From: Azolla caroliniana
Taxonomy: Eukaryota; Plantae; Polypodiophyta
Assembly (NCBI GenBank): GCA_043228905.1
Contig: JBHGNT010000021.1
Span: 10,230,001-10,294,000, forward strand
Length of the DNA stretch: 64,000 nucleotides
Direction: 5' to 3'
Positions within the stretch are counted from its first letter, which is position 1; each line of letters begins with the position of its first letter. This document shows, piece by piece, positions 62,701 to 64,000 of this stretch. The position numbers and the translations under genes were made by a program. The notes under the pieces are model-generated. The model searched no databases. It had not been told where the DNA came from and worked only from the letters and a program-made list of their open reading frames with translations.

Positions 62701-64000
62701 AACCTATAGGGTTCATCTTGTGAAAGCAAATGTCGGTTGTAGAGGTCTTCAACCCTCGCGCTCTAATACCATGTTGAAACGTATGTGCGGAAGCGTAAGA
62801 CAATAGCTTGGCTACGTAGCAGTAGAGAGAGAGAGAGAGAATAATACACAGAATACAGAGAGTACTCAAGAGAGACAGAGAGAGTAGAACAAGAATCTAG
62901 ATTCAAAAATTATATCAACACTCTATACATACAACGTGCTCAACGACACTATTTATACAAGTCCTCATGGGACTAACAGAAGTACAACATACTTCAATGC
63001 TCACACGAGTGTTTGGCCCTAACTATGAGACAATAACTACCTAGTAAGCTAAGCTATTACTCGGCTTCCGGTTACTGTTGGATTCGGCTAACCGGCTCCC
63101 CAGCTCACCAGCTCACTTGCTCACCGGCTCGCCGATCCGGCTCATCCTTCCGTATGCCGATTTGGCTCAGGCTTATTTAGCCGATCCGGATCTGGTTGAG
63201 CTTGTCGCTCAACATGTGACAATATCGACCATCAGAAGAAAGACTATCAAGAACATAGGGATGCTCTTAATCATGATAAAATCTATTATCAAGATGGTAA
63301 GATTCACTCGATAGAGACCCGACAACCACTTCAGCTCAACTTCGGGCGAGGTGGAATGAAAAAGCTAATGGAAGATTCCGAGAGAGAAACAACTCAAGCG
63401 ATACAATTTGTCACAACGTTAGGGTTGCATGTAGAAGACTCATATGGTGGACCTGGCTTTTGGCAAGATGTGATGGATTATGCAAGAAAAGGGAAGGTTC
63501 GAGTGGATGAATTAAAAAGAGCAGGAGATGAAATACGAAACTTCATTGGATGGAATGATCCAGTAGATGCACTATCAGCATTCGCCCAAGCGAATGCACA
63601 GGAGGTACTAGTGGAAGAGAAGTGAAAGAGAGTTGAGGAGGCTGATTCGGCAAAGAAACATGAGACACAAGAACAAAAGAGAAGGGATATGGAAAAGGGT
63701 GCTCCTGAGACGAAGGAAGCTGATAGAGTAAAAGGGAAGACATGCCCATCTTTCAAGCTTGCTTCAGACATAGAAACAACGACGGATATAAAAAAGGTAC
63801 TACAAACAAGAATATTAAATAGTAAGGTAGAATTTACTTTAAGAGAAGTATTGGGTATAGCAAAGAAAGAATTTGATGAAGTTATCATAGATATTATTAG
63901 AAGAAAGAGATAGGTGATGGAGGAAGTTACGGGAGGGTGTGCAGCAACACTTCGAGATTTGTATGGTGGTACCATTAACGCTGCAAGTGTAAAAATAAAA
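56800..64000 (+). pseudogene. AT-rich Trp-gypsy gag remnant split by the copia insertion
   Basis: FIDWVE, LFLQAT..GLTKD, MWCD|NIDHQKKD knuckle across the insertion, FKLASDIE..RILNSKVEFTLREVLGIAKKEF. Confidence 0.85.
57430..63214 (-). mobile_element. Full-length degenerate Ty1/copia; LTRs 57430-57868 and 62772-63214; TSD TGTGA
   Basis: PBS TGGTATTAGAGC 62760-62771; PPT 57869-57880; WYFDSGALNHM, LWHKRIGH..CEAC, IHSDVWG, HQMDVKNAFL, LYVDDL, YTDADWAG, ADIFTK. Confidence 0.95.

Overview
Eukaryotic, repeat-dominated land-plant DNA. The TTTAGGG motifs, spliced NIPA gene and tRNA-Trp-primed Phygy-like gypsy elements suggest a seed-free plant such as a fern; this taxon call is inference. About 85-90% of the window is a deep nest of LTR retrotransposons (chromovirus, several Ty1/copia, tRNA-Trp- and tRNA-Arg-primed Ty3/gypsy, solo LTRs), plus two LINE remnants. 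The only host gene seen is a 9-exon NIPA-family Mg2+ transporter (45560-47800, minus). The most notable system is the tRNA-Trp-primed gypsy family. (i) It has a very young non-autonomous member whose only ORF is a 1297-aa capsid fused to a long repetitive acidic/Gly tail, with a diverged second copy nearby. (ii) It has a conserved -1 frameshift signal with a predicted pseudoknot between protease and RT. (iii) It makes 4-bp target duplications centred on CG and nests in its own LTRs. Also seen: a Tf1-like self-priming signature, a telomere-repeat insertion, a copia with a duplicated PPT and C-terminal pol extension, and tRNA-like A/B boxes in a TRIM-like LTR. All comparisons were made by eye; lineage names are tentative.
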